Shown here piece after piece: positions 30,955 to 43,756 of a DNA stretch of 64,000 nucleotides (position 1 is its first letter; every line of letters begins with the position of its first letter). The stretch lies in assembly GCA_963841565.1 (NCBI GenBank), contig CAWJCY010000011.1:1-64000 (forward strand). Reading direction: 5' to 3'. Below the pieces are notes generated by a model that was not told the DNA's origin, made no database searches, and saw only the letters and a list, made by a program, of their open reading frames with translations. Source of the stretch: an uncultured Nitrososphaerales archaeon. Lineage in GTDB: Archaea > Thermoproteota > Nitrososphaeria > Nitrososphaerales > Nitrososphaeraceae. The position numbers and the translations under genes were made by a program.

Positions 30955-31605
30955 CTAAGTTTTCAGGATTGGAACTTGTTCCAATTCACTTAGCGCTTGA
31001 GTGAGTTGGTCAGCAGTTTGATTACCGTATATCAACAAGATTCTGTCGTCATCTTTTAATATATAATCACTTAGCGCCGAGGGAGATTCTAATTCTTTTC
31101 CATTAACAAATGCTCTTAGTTCCTCAGTCCCATTTGTGCAGTATTCTCGCTGCTGTCCCTGTTGTTGACTCTGCGGACTAGAAGTTTCTTCTGAAATGGA
31201 GAAGCAATTACCTTCTAGATTCATGTTTTCACTCGTTAGAAATTCACCAAAGGGTACCCTATCAGTATGCCTATGTAAGGTGAATCCGTCGCCTCCTTCG
31301 ACATGAATAAGTCGTGACTTGACCTGATATTGTGGCTGACTAAAGTCGATAGGTGTACCATTTACATTAACAATAAAAGCAGCATGCTCGTGTGCGGAGC
31401 CAACCGTGCCGAATTTATTTATCTCAGACGAATATCTCGTACCAGAAATAGCGAGTATCGCCACCATTGCCGCTATAATGGGTATTATTATCATTAGATA
31501 CTTTTGCCGCTTCTTTTTTGACGCATCCAAATAGCTGCCGCTTCTCTTTTTATTTTTACCCTTGGAACTCCCGGCGTTGGAACTGCTTTTTTTCTTCCCA
31601 AACAA
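30955..31605 (-). CDS. Membrane-anchored conserved archaeal protein with His motifs
   Basis: Basic N-terminus, one TM, AHEHA, IHVEGGDG.TLHRH, YILKDDDRILLIYG. Confidence 0.75.
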   Translation of the reverse strand: MFGKKKSSSNAGSSKGKNKKRSGSYLDASKKKRQKYLMIIIPIIAAMVAILAISGTRYSSEINKFGTVGSAHEHAAFIVNVNGTPIDFSQPQYQVKSRLIHVEGGDGFTLHRHTDRVPFGEFLTSENMNLEGNCFSISEETSSPQSQQQGQQREYCTNGTEELRAFVNGKELESPSALSDYILKDDDRILLIYGNQTADQLTQALSELEQVPILKT

Positions 31606-32293
31606 ACTAGATACGACTCACACTATTATAGCTCTGGGATATATGTACCTATGGAGTAAAAAACTTTGCTAATCGGTTGAAAATCAAATGTTAATCTGCA
31701 AATAGTCCAAAAGCCTCTTGTACCAACCACAATATACTCTGTTTCCTTCCTATTTCTATTCGTGTAATTTATTGGATTCCCAACTGGACTATCAGAACAT
31801 CAAAATAATCGAGATATGCAACACTTGTGGTTGTATTTGCTATTCTTGAGAAGAATTTAGACTTTAACGTTGACTGAACAACAATGCAGCCTCAGGCTCG
31901 CACTGCTTTGATCATAAGTGTAGTATATGGTTCTACTAATGGTTCTATAATATGGTAACTACTATTATCCAATACATCTTGCATTGAGGAACATGTTTTC
32001 ATTAGTCTTCAATATAATCGGATAGTTATCATCTAAAAGTTTGCGCTAGAATTGGGAGAATTAGAAAATTTGGTTATGGTCATGTTTGGGATGAGTTAGA
32101 GTCATTGAAGAGGGGGAGTAATAATTGGCATTTCAGATTCAAAATAGAGATACGTATTAAGGCAGGGCGACTTATCGAATTCAATTAAAGCACTTCAGAG
32201 AGCGCGAATACTAAGAATCCCAGTGTCATTTTATATACCTCCTTGAGTAATAGAGAGATATGAGTGGTAATTTTGATCCAAAATAGTTTTCCT

Positions 32294-32608
32294 ATGAAAG
32301 AATGGCATATTCAACATATGGAAAAGACCGTTATCAAATACATAAAGGGACTTCCTGAGAATGCTACTGCCTGGGAAAAAAGACAACATAGGAGATATGG
32401 GGGAATAACAAGAGTCTGCAGGCAAATAAATTATGATATTAAGCATGGCGTAACTAATGAACAGGTGCTTGAACTGCTTGAAGCAATAAAAACCGACTCA
32501 TCATATATCGATTTGAGAGATGATGTGGGTTGTATGGATAGATTGGCTGAGATTGAGAGTCTGTTTGTTCACACGACACAAACCGTTGCAAATCCTAGAT
32601 TTTTATAG
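32294..32608 (+). CDS. Hypothetical protein
   Basis: MKEWHIQHMEKTVIKY..., with TATA-like sequence upstream. Confidence 0.7.
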   Translation: MKEWHIQHMEKTVIKYIKGLPENATAWEKRQHRRYGGITRVCRQINYDIKHGVTNEQVLELLEAIKTDSSYIDLRDDVGCMDRLAEIESLFVHTTQTVANPRFL

Positions 32609-33291
32609 AGTAATATTCCAGGAACAGTAAGTATGGATAAATACGAAATATAAAATTGAATTTTTCTCGTCGAAAGATTTCACTTAGAAAGTTCAACTTT
32701 TTGGGTTGTAGATTCCCTTAAAAATTCCTATAACTGGTTACATAATAAAAACTAGTAATCCACTGGGGTAACGTACTTCAGCATTTAACCTCTGTCAGTT
32801 GCATTCAATCGCGACTCTTCCATGGTAACTGTCCAAGATGGTTATCCAACATTTTAGTTAGAGTTTGACGACATTATTGCCAACCAATGACTCCGAAGCG
32901 AATTAACAGAAATATTGTGAAGTAAACACTAAACACGTTGATTGTTTGAGGCTTATCATCTCCCGTTGTCTATCCTGCTCCAATCGAGGAAGAAGAATAC
33001 AACCTCAATCTATGTGCACCTCTGGAAAAAGGGAGCTAGACTTACTAGTCTATGTTGAACTAGCGTAATCGCGCAAAATAGCAATGAAGTCTGACATCCA
33101 TATCGAAATGATTCATGGAATTAGAGTATCTAATCCTAATTTTGTTTGGAACTTTGTGACCTAAATTATGATGCACATCTAAACATACGCGATCTATATC
33201 AGAATGTAGAACTAGTGAATTCCTTCAGTTATTTATGCGAAAAAAATATGGAAAAATTGTACTCGGTCTTTAACCTAAAAACAAAACGGAA

Positions 33292-34219
33292 TCAGTGGCC
33301 ATGGCCTTCCAACATCTGAAATATGTGCAGGATACCAGGGAACAATGAATCTAATGATTCTCTTACAGCCCTAACACTCCCAGGGAGGTTGACTATCACG
33401 GTACTCCCTCTTACACCTCCGATACCTCGTGAAAGCATCGATAGTGGAGTCCTTCTTTGGCCGTATGCCCTCAATGTTTCACTTATTCCATTTACCGGCT
33501 TTTCAATCACATTAGCAGTAGCTTCGGGCGTGACGTCTCTTGGGCCGACTCCAGTTCCCCCACTTGTGAGCACTATGTCCACTCTCAAATTGTCGCACAT
33601 TCTGACGAGTTCAGACTCGATAACTTTTTGCTCATCTGCCACTATTTTGTACTCCTTAATTTCCATGCCGTATTTAGCGAGTCTTTCGAGGATGGCCTTA
33701 CCTGATTTATCATCCTTTTGAGTCCTTGAATCGCTCAATACCAATACTGCCGCTCGAAGTGCTCTCTCGTGGGTTTGGAAAAAGGAATTCAATCCCCCAG
33801 TTTTTTCCAGGAGTTTGATAGATTCAATCTCCAAATTGTCGTCTACAGGTTTTAACATATCATAAATGGTTAGAGCTCGCTATACAAGCACCCGTGAGAG
33901 CCTCCATTTCAACGCCTGTCTTATCTACGTTTTTCACAGTGACAATAATACTGATCCTCCCTTCGGCCATCACATCAAAGTTTACGGCAACATGATCAAT
34001 CGAAATAGGATGGCAATAAGGTAATAGATCCCAAGTACGTTTAGCTGCCATATTGGCTGAAATTTTTGCAGCATCAAATATATTCCCTTTCGGGATTTTT
34101 TCATCATTTACAAGTGTTACTGTGACTGGGGATACTTTAACAATGGCTTGAGCCACAGCCGTCCTAAGGGTATCTGGCTTATCACTTATATCATACATTC
34201 CACCCTTCGTCATTTCCAA
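33292..34219 (-). CDS. moaC: Bifunctional MoaC/MoaB Moco biosynthesis protein (frameshift near 33880)
   Basis: MYDISDKP.TLRTA.A, LLPYCHP and TGVEMEALT, then MoaB motifs VLSD, TSGGTGVGPRDVTPEA, LSRG and NLPGS. Confidence 0.9.
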
Positions 34220-34232
34220 GATATCCCAAAAG

Positions 34233-34682
34233 TTATTTCTCTGTCGGGGGTATAAGTGTACCTCCTAACCATTTTTTACCTTTGTTGGTTATTTCCATCT
34301 TCCAAATAGGAACTCTAGACTTTACACTATCTATTATGTACCTGCAGCATTCAAATGCTTCTTTTCTATGCTTTGATGAAACGATAATGATCACACTCAC
34401 TTCACCCATGTTCAAAGTTCCTATCCGATGTATGGCTGTAATCTCTTCTATCTCCCATTTCATTTTAGCTTCTGTTTCAATTTCCGAAAAAATTTCTTCT
34501 GCCATTGTTTCATATGCTTCATAATTTAATTGTAACAATTTGATATTTTCACTATTAAGTTCTCTAACAGTTCCTAAGAATATGACAGTTCCACCTACAG
34601 AGGTATTTTGGCGATCAACTAGCAACCTATTAACATCGATCACTTCAGATGTCAAATAACCCAGGTAAAACTCACCCTCCAC
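34233..34682 (-). CDS. moaE: Molybdopterin synthase catalytic subunit
   Basis: GGTVIFLGTVR, YEAYETMA, HRIG, SKHRKEAF, VPIWK.E. Confidence 0.93.
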   Translation of the reverse strand: MEGEFYLGYLTSEVIDVNRLLVDRQNTSVGGTVIFLGTVRELNSENIKLLQLNYEAYETMAEEIFSEIETEAKMKWEIEEITAIHRIGTLNMGEVSVIIIVSSKHRKEAFECCRYIIDSVKSRVPIWKMEITNKGKKWLGGTLIPPTEK

Positions 34683-34935
34683 TAATCGGAGGTAATAATG
34701 CTAATTCATCGGTCTTCCGAATTAGTTTTGTATCATCTACAGCCCTTCGATTGATCGATATGGTGAACTGGGCGTTGACGATAGACAAGATTGGAAATAA
34801 TTCATTAAGCTTTTCTCGAAGATCTCCGACACTCATATTATCGTTCCAATCTAGGTAAATTCTATCCGTACCCAAGAGGTCCTTGACTGAAGCGTATAAT
34901 CTTAGGTCTATTTTACTTCCCGTTTCTGCTATCAG
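34672..34935 (-). CDS. moaD: Molybdopterin synthase sulfur carrier (start probably CTG/ATA)
   Basis: IDLRLYASVKDLLG...DELALLPPISGG with C-terminal GG. Confidence 0.88.
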   Translation of the reverse strand: MIAETGSKIDLRLYASVKDLLGTDRIYLDWNDNMSVGDLREKLNELFPILSIVNAQFTISINRRAVDDTKLIRKTDELALLPPISGG

Positions 34936-35697
34936 ATCTAAAATTCAACTCCCATCCAAGTCGCATATTTCAATTGGATCTTATCAATTGATAATCATAA
35001 TACATATAATCCAATTGGTCTTGTGAGCCCATTTGAGAATATTTTTTTAAATACTGATTTGGATAGTTCTGAAATATCTTGACGGAACTCAAATACATGC
35101 AGAATCCTTGGAAAGATCTCCTCAGTTCTGAATTCGAAATATCGGGGCCTTTTTTAATAAGTCTGATGCATGAATGAAAATTACTTAGACACGGAGTCCA
35201 CTTCGCAGGTAGACGGGACTGCACTATCGATATTGAAAACCATGCATTACAACACTATAGTCTTCTTCTTTTGCAGAATATTTTTAATCCTGTAGCCAAT
35301 AGACCAACTGGACATCATCATGCAGTCATATCACGATATATGAAATTACTCAAATTATCGAATGCCTACTAATTGCTCTCTACTTGAAAGAACATTCACA
35401 TTAAAGATTTGGGATTAGATTAAATTTCAATTTGCTTGATGATTGTCAGGTACGAGGAGCACTGCTAAAATGTTGGTGATCATAATTATCTTTCATCAGA
35501 GCGATTTATTTTATGCCATTGTCACCTTTTTCAATCATTCAGCCCAAATAGGAGGCAATAAATAAGAAGCTTCTAGGAACTATTGATCCAAAGTGAAATC
35601 CTTGAATTCTTGAATGTAGTAGATCGCAACTTTTTCCAAACAACTGATCACTATTTGTCAGGTTCAATCATCTTTCATCCCCATCTCCAAAGACCGG

Positions 35698-36996
35698 TCA
35701 AGTTGTTTCCTGTATGTTCTTAAACAAGGTAACATCCACAACTTCACCTTTTCTTAGCTTACTACTATGAGTGATCCGACTATTCACAATTACTATGCCA
35801 TTTGAATTTGTCAATGTAGTAATCAGACTTGGACCGCTGGCGCTAACGGGTTTGGCCAAGAAAACATTATTACGGCGATAAACTATAACGCGTACTAATG
35901 TCAGAAAATCCTTGTGAACACTAATGTCTTCAGTAATCTTCACCTTTAATTTTGCTTTAACAGGCCCCTTCGTACCTAAAAACTTGGACAAAATTGGTAA
36001 TCCGAACATAGAAAAGGCGGCAAAGGCAGAAACTGGAAAACCAGGACAGATGATAATCGGGGTATTTCTCACAATCCCTAGTCCTGTGGGAGACCCGGGT
36101 TTCATAGCTACTCCATGAACCACAAGTCCAGGTTTTCCCAGCCTGTCTACGATCAAAGGCGTATAATCCTTCTCTCCTACTGAAGCTCCACCTGATACGA
36201 CGATCATATCCAGCTTTAATGATGATTTTAATATCTCAAATATCGCATCTGGATCATCTTTGCACAATCCCAAATCCACGGATTCTCCGCCAGCATCCCT
36301 TATTAGACAAGACACCATGTATCTATTGCTTTCAAAAATGCTTGCGTCATTTAGTGGACGCCTTCCAGGCTCTGTAAGTTCATCCCCGGTTGCTAGTATA
36401 CCAACTTTAGGCTTTTTGACCACAGGGATCCTATCAAAACCCATGGACGCAATTAAGGCCACATCTTGGGAAGTAATCCATGTTCCCTTTCTCAAGACTA
36501 ATTGTTTTTCTGTAACGTCGCTACCTTTGTAAGATACATGATCACCTCGATTGACAGGTTTGGAAATCTTGACTAATCTATTGGCCCCAGAGGTGGTATC
36601 TTCAAACATGATTACAGAATCTGCACCTTTAGGAAGTTTTGCTCCAGTAGCTATTTCAAGTGCTTGCCCCTTCCTTAAGCGATGTGACATTGCCCCTTGT
36701 CCTGCAAGGCCCTTACCCATTATCTTAAGATAAGTCGAAGAGAGAGGCGATGCTTTAACTGTATCAGATGATGATATCGCAAAACCATCCCTATCGGCTC
36801 GATCGAATGGAGGAACACTCATAGGGGAATACAGGTTTTTCGCAAGTACTCGTCCGTTAGATTCTAATAAAGATACGTATTCTACCCTCTCCGCATTCAT
36901 TTTTGGAATTTTAAAGGATGAGAATAGCCTGACCAGAGCCTTCTCCACCGAGATGAGGGTCCTTGGTTTTATTTTAGAACTTTGGATACTATTCAT
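35698..36996 (-). CDS. moeA: Molybdopterin molybdotransferase
   Basis: PPFDRADRDGFA, IATGA.LP.GADSV, ATGDEL, SGGASVGEKD, MKPGSP, PGFPVSA. Confidence 0.95.
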   Translation of the reverse strand: MNSIQSSKIKPRTLISVEKALVRLFSSFKIPKMNAERVEYVSLLESNGRVLAKNLYSPMSVPPFDRADRDGFAISSSDTVKASPLSSTYLKIMGKGLAGQGAMSHRLRKGQALEIATGAKLPKGADSVIMFEDTTSGANRLVKISKPVNRGDHVSYKGSDVTEKQLVLRKGTWITSQDVALIASMGFDRIPVVKKPKVGILATGDELTEPGRRPLNDASIFESNRYMVSCLIRDAGGESVDLGLCKDDPDAIFEILKSSLKLDMIVVSGGASVGEKDYTPLIVDRLGKPGLVVHGVAMKPGSPTGLGIVRNTPIIICPGFPVSAFAAFSMFGLPILSKFLGTKGPVKAKLKVKITEDISVHKDFLTLVRVIVYRRNNVFLAKPVSASGPSLITTLTNSNGIVIVNSRITHSSKLRKGEVVDVTLFKNIQETT

Positions 36997-37233
36997 TCAC
37001 GCAGAAAGTCATGAACACTAGCCAATAAGTTTTTGTTTTAATAACCATATTTTCAAATACTCTGTAACTCAATTAATAGCTAAACCTTTGATTTGGTATT
37101 ATCTAGACTTCTCCAACTAGATGAGCCGATATAGGAAATGGGAACATAGTCCGCTTTCGACCTAGAATTGGCCACATATTGCAATTGTAACCAAAACCAT
37201 TCAGAGAAAATAAAGAAATGAATGTTGAGATAT

Positions 37234-38451
37234 CTATCTAGCTGTAGAAGGAAGAAATGTCTGAACTATTCCGTGTCTTTCCAAAGTTTGGTTATTCCGA
37301 AATAAACTGAAAGAAATATTGTCCCCTACTGATTTGTGCTCCTGGATATGTGCCAACAGTTGCTCAAACCTATCTACAGAAATCCCATCTATGGCAGTTA
37401 TTATGTCTCCGCCAAGTATCTCCCCGTATTCATTTGTGTCACTTCCTTGTAAGCCTGCTAAATCCGCAGTACCATCCCTCTGTAATTTACTTACGAATAC
37501 ACCATTCATATCAGATGGTATATTTGTAGAGTTGATCATACGTTGAATTAAGTCAGGAGTGAGTGTTTCTCCAATGATCCCGATACCTGGATGAAGATAA
37601 TAACCATTTTCAACAATTGATGAAGCGACTCGATTAACTATATTCGAGGGAATGACTGCTGTCATTCCAGGAAATTGTCCCAAAGGTACACCCACAGGAT
37701 TTAGCCTACCATAAATCATTCCTATGACTTTTCCAGTTGTGTCTATCAATGGTCCTCCTGAGTTGCCAGGATTCACCGTTACGTCAGATTGTATAATGTT
37801 AGGTATAGAGAATCCACCTGCCGGAAATGCTAATACATAATCAGTTTTACTTACCAAACCGCCGGTCATAGACGGTCCTGTCGAGCCAAAATTGTAACCG
37901 ATGGTTACGACAGGATCCCCGACATGCAATGCGCTTGAATTACCCACACTCACTGTCCTAAGGGTATCGTTAATAGTCGACAATTGACTCTGCTTTGTAG
38001 CTGCGGTAGTTACCGTATTTTGAATTGCAGCAGTCGAATTAAGTTCTAAAATTGCTACGTCACTAAAGGGGTCAGCACCTTTTAGCGTCGCTGGGTATCT
38101 TTCTCCCTCACTTGATATTATATCCACATTCATAGCCCCCGATAATAAGTGATAAGCAGTAATAATGTGTCCCTTATCACCAAAAACAAAACCGGTACCT
38201 AGTTCAGTTAGATTTTGTATTTGGGGATTAAAAAGATTCGTAGGTATCGTATTCATGACGCTCACCGTTGAATGTTTTAGTTCATCAAAAATCATCTGTG
38301 AAGAGATTGACTCATTGCTTTCTTGTGGTGAAGCAAAAGACAAATCCTGTGTGTAAATGATACACGCAAATAGAGCCATGGCCAACGAAACATATACACC
38401 ATAGCGTTTCCTATTCAGAATTAGCACCTTCGTCCAGAGATATGGGGACAT
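37234..38451 (-). CDS. HtrA/DegP-like serine protease with PDZ domain
   Basis: GTGF, ITAYH, DVAIL, NPGNSGGPL, and a C-terminal PDZ (GDIITAIDG). Confidence 0.92.
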   Translation of the reverse strand: MSPYLWTKVLILNRKRYGVYVSLAMALFACIIYTQDLSFASPQESNESISSQMIFDELKHSTVSVMNTIPTNLFNPQIQNLTELGTGFVFGDKGHIITAYHLLSGAMNVDIISSEGERYPATLKGADPFSDVAILELNSTAAIQNTVTTAATKQSQLSTINDTLRTVSVGNSSALHVGDPVVTIGYNFGSTGPSMTGGLVSKTDYVLAFPAGGFSIPNIIQSDVTVNPGNSGGPLIDTTGKVIGMIYGRLNPVGVPLGQFPGMTAVIPSNIVNRVASSIVENGYYLHPGIGIIGETLTPDLIQRMINSTNIPSDMNGVFVSKLQRDGTADLAGLQGSDTNEYGEILGGDIITAIDGISVDRFEQLLAHIQEHKSVGDNISFSLFRNNQTLERHGIVQTFLPSTAR

Positions 38452-39223
38452 TTCCCTGTTATAAGTATTTAAGAATCTGAATTTTTTTGGCTATTTCAAT
38501 TCCCCAAACTGTCATCAATATATAGTACTATTGGTTAGCGGACAACGCTCTAGGTGGTAGAACCTACGATTTTCTGACGATTGCATTTCAAAAATCAAGT
38601 TCATTGCATTTTTTGCATGAATACTTTGACCCATATGCTTTAATGACTAGGTAACCTTTTTCTTAAAATGTTATATTAAGATTAGTAACAGCCATTCTCA
38701 CTTGTGAGAAATATTATCAATATTGCTGTATTGCTGTCGTCAAGATAGTTTATGCATTAGATAATAGAAAATAATAATAAACCAAACGTTTTCTGCCACC
38801 TCCTCACGAAGACATTGAAACGGCTTCCCCAAGATTCAGGATCAAGATTTCGTAAAGTAATGTTCTTATTTATTGTACATAACCTATACGTTGGTAATAT
38901 TATCTGAAACGTACAATAGTAATTTAAAATATCATTCCAAAACCATATACTTATGGGAACCTAAAGAGGAACAGTTGGATACTTTTGATCGCAAGAATCC
39001 TAAAAGTAGCTATCAATGTTATATGAATATTATACATATACATAAGACGGTATGTACTACATTGTATCCATGCCTACATTAAGAATCTTAGTTCCAGGTT
39101 ACCTTCCCACACATCGCCATATTGGTTCCAACCCCACAGAGTGAAATTTGTCGAGTATATATCTACCATATCACATTTGTTTAACATTCCTGCCAGTAAT
39201 TCGGATCGGAAAGATAACAGCAG

Positions 39224-39607
39224 CTAATCCACACAAACCCCTGCGACTGCAACTTTTTTGAATAATTGAGGAGACATCACAGTGTTAGGAAGTACCTTAG
39301 CCATGTTATCCCAGAACTCAGGTTTATCAAATGCCTGTCTAAAATGCGCTACAGATTCCCATACCACATAATTAATGAATGTAGAACTCCCAGCAATTCC
39401 TTGGTGCAATTGAGCGGAAATGAATCCAGGTTGCTGAAAGACCTTAGTGGTATCGGCAAAAACCTTTAGGAACTCCTCGACCTCATCATAACCCACGTTG
39501 AACTTGTTCATTAGAATGACTGCCCCAACCTCAGCTTCGAATTGTTCACTGAGTGTTACTGTGTCATCCATTTCAATGATCTTTACCATATCTAATTCTA
39601 CTGGCAA
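39224..39607 (-). CDS. Antibiotic biosynthesis monooxygenase (ABM) domain protein
   Basis: QPGFISAQLHQGIAGS.TFINY.VWES...F. Confidence 0.85.
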   Translation of the reverse strand: MPVELDMVKIIEMDDTVTLSEQFEAEVGAVILMNKFNVGYDEVEEFLKVFADTTKVFQQPGFISAQLHQGIAGSSTFINYVVWESVAHFRQAFDKPEFWDNMAKVLPNTVMSPQLFKKVAVAGVCVD

Positions 39608-40016
39608 TAATATTTCAGTATTTGGTGATCTACCTGCGTGAAAAAAGAGTCAGGATTCAATTTAATAAATGAGCGTAGTGAATTATTGTTTTTTGTCCAT
39701 GTCACTTTCCGCCAGTATGCGATCATGGCCCCTTGACCATCGGGTAAGGAGTCAGACTAACAACAGGCTGCTATTTCTATGAAATCCAACACTAAGAATT
39801 GTATCCATCTAAGGAAAATAGGAGACGGTTACCACTCCTGGTTCTATCAATTGTGTTTGTGATTGACATCATATCGAGACCTACCTTAGACAGAAATGTA
39901 GGATGGTGAAGAGTAATAAAATTCGATGTCCTTTATCATAGCACTGACGATGGGTCTCTTTCATCGTCCAAAAGATACTACCTTTACCGTATTTGATACT
40001 AGCATAAAGTAATGGG

Positions 40017-40394
40017 TCACTTATTGTTTTTCGAAGTGGCAGAATTCTCTTTCGTCTGACTCTGCTTTTTGCCCTTATTCTTTGTTTTTTTGCTTTGCAG
40101 GTACTTTTTTAAAACCTTTGTAAGTTCTTTCACATTCTCTGAATGAGTAGACCTTCTTAAATTGTCAACGGGGATGTGATAGGCTCTAACTTTCGATATA
40201 TTTTGATTTCCTAAACCAATCTTAGCAAATGCCTCTGCAATCTCCTTATTGGAATAGCCTCTACCTCTCCTGCTACGGGGTACACCTTTGCGATTGGTAA
40301 AGACAAGTGATTTTTCCTCGTTGAATATTTGAAGCTTCCCCAAATTAGGTTCTCGCTTATCCAAGTCGGCTTCGCCTGAATCTACAGAGCTCAT
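40017..40394 (-). CDS. rpl13e: 50S ribosomal protein L13e
   Basis: RRGRGYS..EI..A.....IPVD.LRRSTHSENV..L. Confidence 0.8.
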   Translation of the reverse strand: MSSVDSGEADLDKREPNLGKLQIFNEEKSLVFTNRKGVPRSRRGRGYSNKEIAEAFAKIGLGNQNISKVRAYHIPVDNLRRSTHSENVKELTKVLKKYLQSKKTKNKGKKQSQTKENSATSKNNK

Positions 40395-40630
40395 ATGTCG
40401 ATCTAAATTGCAAGCTTATAAAAAGGATTTGGCATTACACTACTAGGATCCTCATAAAATTGAAATTGTGCGTTCAACTTAATCTACTGAATTCTGTCGC
40501 TATTAAGAGGCCCACAATTTTGAGTACTTGATGTCTTGCTAGTTTGAGAGAATTTAAAATTGATCTTCTCATGAATCTAATTGTATTTCTGTAATATTGG
40601 GATGTGTCTCTCCCAAGCAGTTTGTCAGCG

Positions 40631-40768
40631 CTAAAAGAATCCTATTAACTTGAGTACAACAACGGCAAACCCAATTATCATTGCCCCTCCGACAAGGAAA
40701 ACATCCCACTGTTTTGCAAAATATGACAGCAAATGTATTCTACTTCTAGATTTATCACACGTTGTCAT
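40631..40768 (-). CDS. 45-aa single-TM protein (not in ORF track)
   Basis: MTTCDKSRSRIHLLSYFAKQWDVFLVGGAMIIGFAVVVLKLIGFF*. Confidence 0.45.
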   Translation of the reverse strand: MTTCDKSRSRIHLLSYFAKQWDVFLVGGAMIIGFAVVVLKLIGFF

Positions 40769-41073
40769 ACTTATCCTTTTGCAAATCAACACAGTAAATA
40801 GACCATCTTGGGCCGTTTGTTAAGAACGCAGCCTATTCATAGATATTCCATAGAAAGGACCCATGATCTCGGGAGAACAATATTCGTGTTACTAAATTAT
40901 ATTCTCGATCGAAAGAATCGGTAAGTTAGACATTCAAAGTTAAGGTATCCTGAAATTCTTCATTTCTGAAAATCAGGACAAGACAAAAATCAGATTTTCG
41001 ACTTCTGGTAGTTATATCCTATGCCTTGGGTATTGAAAAGAGAATTATATAGCATTAAGAGTATTGACAAATA

Positions 41074-41563
41074 ATGATTGAGAACAAGGTAATCAATTAT
41101 ATTTCACCGGACGCGAAGTTAGGTAGGAACGTCAAGATTTGGCATTTCTCATATGTGGGAAGTAATACCGAGATTGGCGACAACGTAAGTATTGGTTCTC
41201 TGACTCATATAGATTATAATGTCAAAATTGGAGAGAATACTAGAATAGAAGGTTCTGTTTACATTCCGCCATTAACAGTTATTGGAAAAAATGTATTTGT
41301 GGGTCCTGCCGCAGCCTTCACTAATGATCCATATCCTACAAGTCCCAGAATGTCAGGTGTTATCGTGGAGGATGGAGTTATTATTGGTGGGAGAGCTGTC
41401 ATGAAACCTGGGATTCGTGTGGGAAAGAACAGCGTCGTGGCAATGGCGAGCAGTAGTTACTAGAGATGTTCCCCCTGATACCGTTGTAATGGGCCATCCA
41501 GCTAGGATCAAATATTCCCGATCTGAGTACGACCTAAAGAAAGAAAAATGGAATTCTTCATAA
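41074..41563 (+). CDS. Hexapeptide-repeat acetyltransferase (frameshift near 41448)
   Basis: IGDNVSIG / IGENTRI / IGKNVFVG repeats and FTND.YP. A second frame gives AVVTRDVPPDTVVMGHPAR. Confidence 0.9.
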
Positions 41564-41743
41564 AGTCTAGCAAAGTAGGACAGATCTATACAGTGAGCTG
41601 AGTCCATCTTCGAAGTTAGATAGCCAATTCTCAAATCCTCATCTTGATCTTCATAAATTATGCAAGTCCAGCGCTGCTCTAATTCCAATTTTTCATTTTT
41701 CTAGTCCTAAATCCATGCTTCCCTAAAATTAAAATCAAAGACT

Positions 41744-43545
41744 TCATCTCCCATTGACAATTTTAAGATCAAAGCCGAAGACAGCTCCCCTCCCACTCGG
41801 ATTGTTCCTAGCCCATATTCTACCACCTTGAGCTTCGACCAAGTTCTTACAAAGGTATAGTCCAAGACCTGTCCCATCATAAGAATTAGTAGAAAACATA
41901 GTGAAGAGATTAGCTTGTATTCTTGGATCGATGCCTTCTCCGTAGTCGGTTACGTTAACCGCCGCGAACTTATTATTCCCTTCGGCATGTTCGCTCAATG
42001 TCACCTCGATATCTCCTCCTTCTTTTCTCGAAAATCTTAAAGCATTATTTAATAGGTTTGAAATTATTTGAACAAGCCTACTCAAGTCTGCTTCCACTAT
42101 TATATTTGCAGGGTTACCATTTATGTCGGGACGGTACAATAGCCTAACCTGCCTTGTGTGATTCTCCTTAAAGATTTCTGTTCGATAATCTTTTACCATT
42201 GATAGTAACAGATTATGGATTCTCACAGGTTCCTTGTTTAACTTGAGCATTTTACTTTCAATCCGAGTTACGTCAAGTATATTCTCAGTTAACTTCCGAA
42301 GTCTCTGTGCGTTTCTATATATTACTTCCAAGTATTTGTCAAGCTCTTTGTCCTTATTTTCCTTCACTACAATTTCAGAAAGCCCTAAAATTGGCTGAAT
42401 AGGAGTTCTTAATTCATGTGCTGCAATGTTTATGAATTCTTTTTGTAACTTATTGTTGCGTTCCAGTTGGCTGTTTGCTTCCGTCAATTGCTTATTAGAG
42501 TCATGTAGCTCCTTAGTTCGCTTAGTCACCTCATTTTTAAGGGAATTATTCCATTTAATTAGAAAGATCATAAGAACAATTACTCCGGCTAAGGTAGGCA
42601 GCAAAGAGCGAAAACAATTTTACTCTTTCAATGAAAAGAGAATTTTCCAAGTCAGAATATAGACTATTTGTGGGAGTCACTGCCTGTACGAAGAATTCAG
42701 GCCGCCCGTTTACCGATATTGGTTCTTGGGTTGTAATTCTCTCCCCTCTTCCGTAGTCATATATTCCAAAACCTGAGTGACCCTGTAAGAGGTCTCGTGT
42801 GAGGTTATTCAATACCTTATTCCTGGCAACAAAATCCTGAACAAACTCTCCAAAGTAATTTTGTCCAAGAAGACCTGCATTGCCTGGATTAGTTATGATG
42901 TTACCTGTTTTATCGAACACCACCAAAAATTGATCATCAAGGTTTTCGAGGTTACCATAAGTCGAGAAGAATGGGGCGGTCGAGAAAGAAGCTCCCACGA
43001 TTCCTAATCTCTCATTTGTCTCTCTGTCAAGTATTGGAAATGTAATAAATATTTTGTATATACCTTGTCTCTCAAAGCCACCTGAAAAATATGGCGCCTC
43101 AGTCTGGGTTCTTGTATCCTTGACCCATTGCCTCTGAGATAAGTCATCACCTGCTCTTAAGTCAGTATCATCTGTCGTCGTATTTGGGCCTGGCAAAGCC
43201 AAAGTCACTATATTGTTCCTATCCAGTAGAAAAATGTTACTAATCCCAGCTCCGTATCTCTGCAATTTGTCGTTGATAAGCTTGGTTGTATCATTCGAAG
43301 CAAAATCTCCGCTTTGAAGTAGATCAGAATTTGCAAGACCATCTAATACAGATACCAGGATCCCAAGATCAGAGCTGATGCTTTGGGAGACGCTAGTTGT
43401 AACTTCCTCCTGTCTGTCAATCTGCTGTTCGTATATATTTTTCCTAACGGTTGACTCTGTAAAGTTTTGTAGAAAAACTAATAAAATCAATGAGGAACTT
43501 GCAATAGTAACTACAAATATGATGCCTATCAGAATTAGTCTTTCC
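41744..43545 (-). CDS. Membrane sensor histidine kinase with extracellular Cache-like domain (frameshift near 42600, start uncertain)
   Basis: TM - Cache-like - TM, then AAHELRTPIQPILG, NLLNNALRF, DYGEGI and GTGLGLYLCK. Confidence 0.9.
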
Positions 43546-43756
43546 GTTTAGAGCCTCCCTCCTGATTCTACACCCAGTAAGTAATGTCACGGATTACTTT
43601 AACATTTCCACTTCGTTATAGTGACAGTACAAATGGGTGTCAGAAATCATGGAAGGTATCTGCCCTCGTTTTACTGAATCAACCAAGGCAGAAAGCACAT
43701 TGGTGATGTTAAGATAAACATAAATACATTTACCATACCCCCTATTTGGCAAGGAA